Source: the human T2T-CHM13v2.0 reference genome, Homo sapiens. From it: DNA of 64,000 nucleotides. Numbering within the stretch: position 1 is the first letter of the stretch; every line of letters begins with the position of its first letter. Under the pieces are notes generated by a model, which made no database searches, was not told the DNA's origin, and was given only the letters and a program-made list of their open reading frames with translations. The stretch lies in NCBI RefSeq assembly GCF_009914755.1, contig NC_060940.1. The stretch is one strand, 5' to 3'. Made by a program: the position numbers and the translations under genes. This document shows, piece after piece, positions 61,248 through 64,000 of the stretch.

Positions 61248-61796
61248 CTGAAATGAAAAATGTCAGAAAGAGCAGTGCCTCTTAGAACCTCACAGTCTTC
61301 TCTCCCAGGCCAGAGCCCTCAGCTCTCCCCTCCCCTCTCACTGACCACCCTCGACCCCAGGAGGTGAAATGTCAGCGTGGGGCCCCGCCTCAATCCACGT
61401 GACCCCAGGGCCAGGCAGCTAAGGGTTGATTGTGGAGGCTCCACCTTTTTTTTTTTTTTTTTTTTTGCCCTACTTTCTTTTTATAGACTCCCAGAATAAA
61501 AGAAAATTTAGCACCTACCATGTGCCAAGCACTCACTTATAGATTATCATTACATTAAATAATGCATATGATGTGGTACAGCCTATGACATATAGTAGGT
61601 GCTCAATAAACGCTAGCTTTTATTATTGTTATTGGTATATTATTATCATGCCCATTTTGGAGATGAAAAGACTGAGGGTCAAATAACTCCATTACTCCCT
61701 GTTCCTAAATTGCAAACTAGACCTCCACCCATGCTTCCTGAGCCCTCACTTTCCACACAGTGACACGTGTGGCTTCTGCTCCTGACAGGTAGCTCA

Positions 61797-62015
<219 letters not shown>

Positions 62016-62981
62016 TCACATCCACCCTTGCCACAATCTGTTCCTTTCTCCCGGAAACCTGGGTGCTTCATGTGACCTCACTACTGGGCATTGGATGGGC
62101 TTCTGCCTCCCCTTCTCCCCGGATGAGAGCTGTGGGTTGTCATATGACCAAGGCATCCGGAGATGCAAGGCCCATGTAGAGAAAACAGGATAAAGTAGCA
62201 TCCCAAGAACCAATTTTGATTCCCATAATTGCATCAGCAGCCCCAAGCCTTCCCACAATACAATAATACATAGAATAAAACTTCATAATAATTTCAGATA
62301 AGACAGTGTTGGCTGCCATCTTCCATGTAGCTTCTCTTCTGACTTCAATCGGGGCTTGACCACTTCCTATTGTGTGCATTTGGGCAAACTGCTTAACCTC
62401 TCTGCTGGTTTCCTCCTCTGCAGATGGGTGCCATATTGGTGCCTATCTCACAGGTTCATTGTGCAGGTGAAGTCGGCTTGACAAGTGTAAATCACTGAGA
62501 ACACTGCCCCTAAATATTACCTGTGAATATGCATGAAAACCCCTCTTTGCAGATCTCCCAGTGGAGGGACAGTTTGGGGAAGTGGTCAGGACAACCCTGC
62601 CACCTAGCCCTGGGCCTTACAACTCTCATGCAGACCTGGGCAGAGCAGAAGAGAGGACAGGACAAGGGGCTTTTCAGGGGCGCTCTATGATGGGAAGCTG
62701 ACAAACAGCAGTGATTAGCAAACCAGCCCGTGATGTCACAAAGGGCCCAGGAGCAGAAGGAAGCAGGATGTCAAGGTCTGGATGTCAGGATGCAAATGTA
62801 TGTGAGAACTCAGAAATGGGAGGGGGTCACTGACCCGTGCCACAAGGATTTCCGGAGCCCCTTCTGTGAGACATGCTCTGCTGAGGTGCTGGGGATAGCA
62901 CAACGAACCAGGCTGAGAGTCCCTGCTCTCACACAGCCTGTGTTCTACTAGGGGAGAGAACACCCATAAGAAACTCAGTCA

Positions 62982-63260
62982 GGCTGGGCACAGCGCCTCC
63001 TTCATGCCTTTAATCTCAACACTTTGGGAAGCCAAGGTGGGAGGATTACTTAAGCTCAGCCTGGGCAGCATAGTGAGACCCCATCTCTACAAAAAATTTT
63101 AAATTAGCCAGCCATGGTGGTGCATGCCTATAGTCCCAGCTCCTCAGGAGGCTGAGGTCGGAGGATCTCTTAACTCCAGGAGGTCAACTAATGAGCCAAA
63201 ATCATGCCACTGCACTCCAGCCTGAGCAACAGACAAAGACCCTGTCTCAAACAACATCAA
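62982..63260 (+). mobile_element. AluJ, degenerate
   Basis: Alu consensus with deletions. Confidence 0.85.
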
Positions 63261-63589
63261 CAAACCAGGAACTCAATCATTTCCAACTGTGTGAAGGGCC
63301 AAGAGGAAAATATTCAGGGTGAGGTGAGTGGGTGAGGAGTAACCAGCGGAGTGGTCAGGGAGGAATTCTCTAAGGAGGAGAAGGACTGTGTCATGAGAAG
63401 CAGAGATGCAGAGCTGGGCAGGAATGCACCAGAAGGGAAAACAGCAGGTGCAAAGGCCCTGAGGTCAGCAGAGAAACAGACAGGAAGCCATTGGCCCTGG
63501 AATAGAGGAAGCGAGTCTAGAGCAATAGCGGGGACAGGGGTTATGGGGAGGGGTGGAGGAATTCCGGAATTAAGATGTTAATTTCTGGG

Positions 63590-64000
<411 letters not shown>

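Overview
Primate, almost certainly human, genomic DNA that is very rich in Alus. The window lies inside one minus-strand tektin gene, recognised as TEKT5. Five internal coding exons were rebuilt from their GT/AG boundaries: 61866-61949, 61177-61247, 53916-54059, 47882-48104 and 7699-7853. They total 677 nt, join in phase, and encode the tektin signature RPNMELCRD. The first and last exons fall outside the window. The rest is intron, including one of about 40 kb (7854-47881), filled with Alu, L1, L2/MIR, MaLR/ERV solo LTRs and hAT DNA-transposon fossils. Almost all ORFs in the supplied track are Alu, microsatellite or shadow ORFs. No prokaryote-type system (CRISPR, operon) is present. The best leads are: (i) a decayed Ty3/Gypsy-like pol fossil (RNase H then integrase) at about 10170-10880, invisible in the ORF track; (ii) a 9-unit compound VNTR of a ~43-bp core alternating with variable (CA)n, giving repeated (UG)n tracts and TATA motifs on the TEKT5 sense strand; (iii) a strong (Y)n-CAG|GTAAGA recursive-splice or micro-exon site in the long intron; (iv) six co-oriented MER20 copies. 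Repeat boundaries and subfamily names were read by eye and are approximate.
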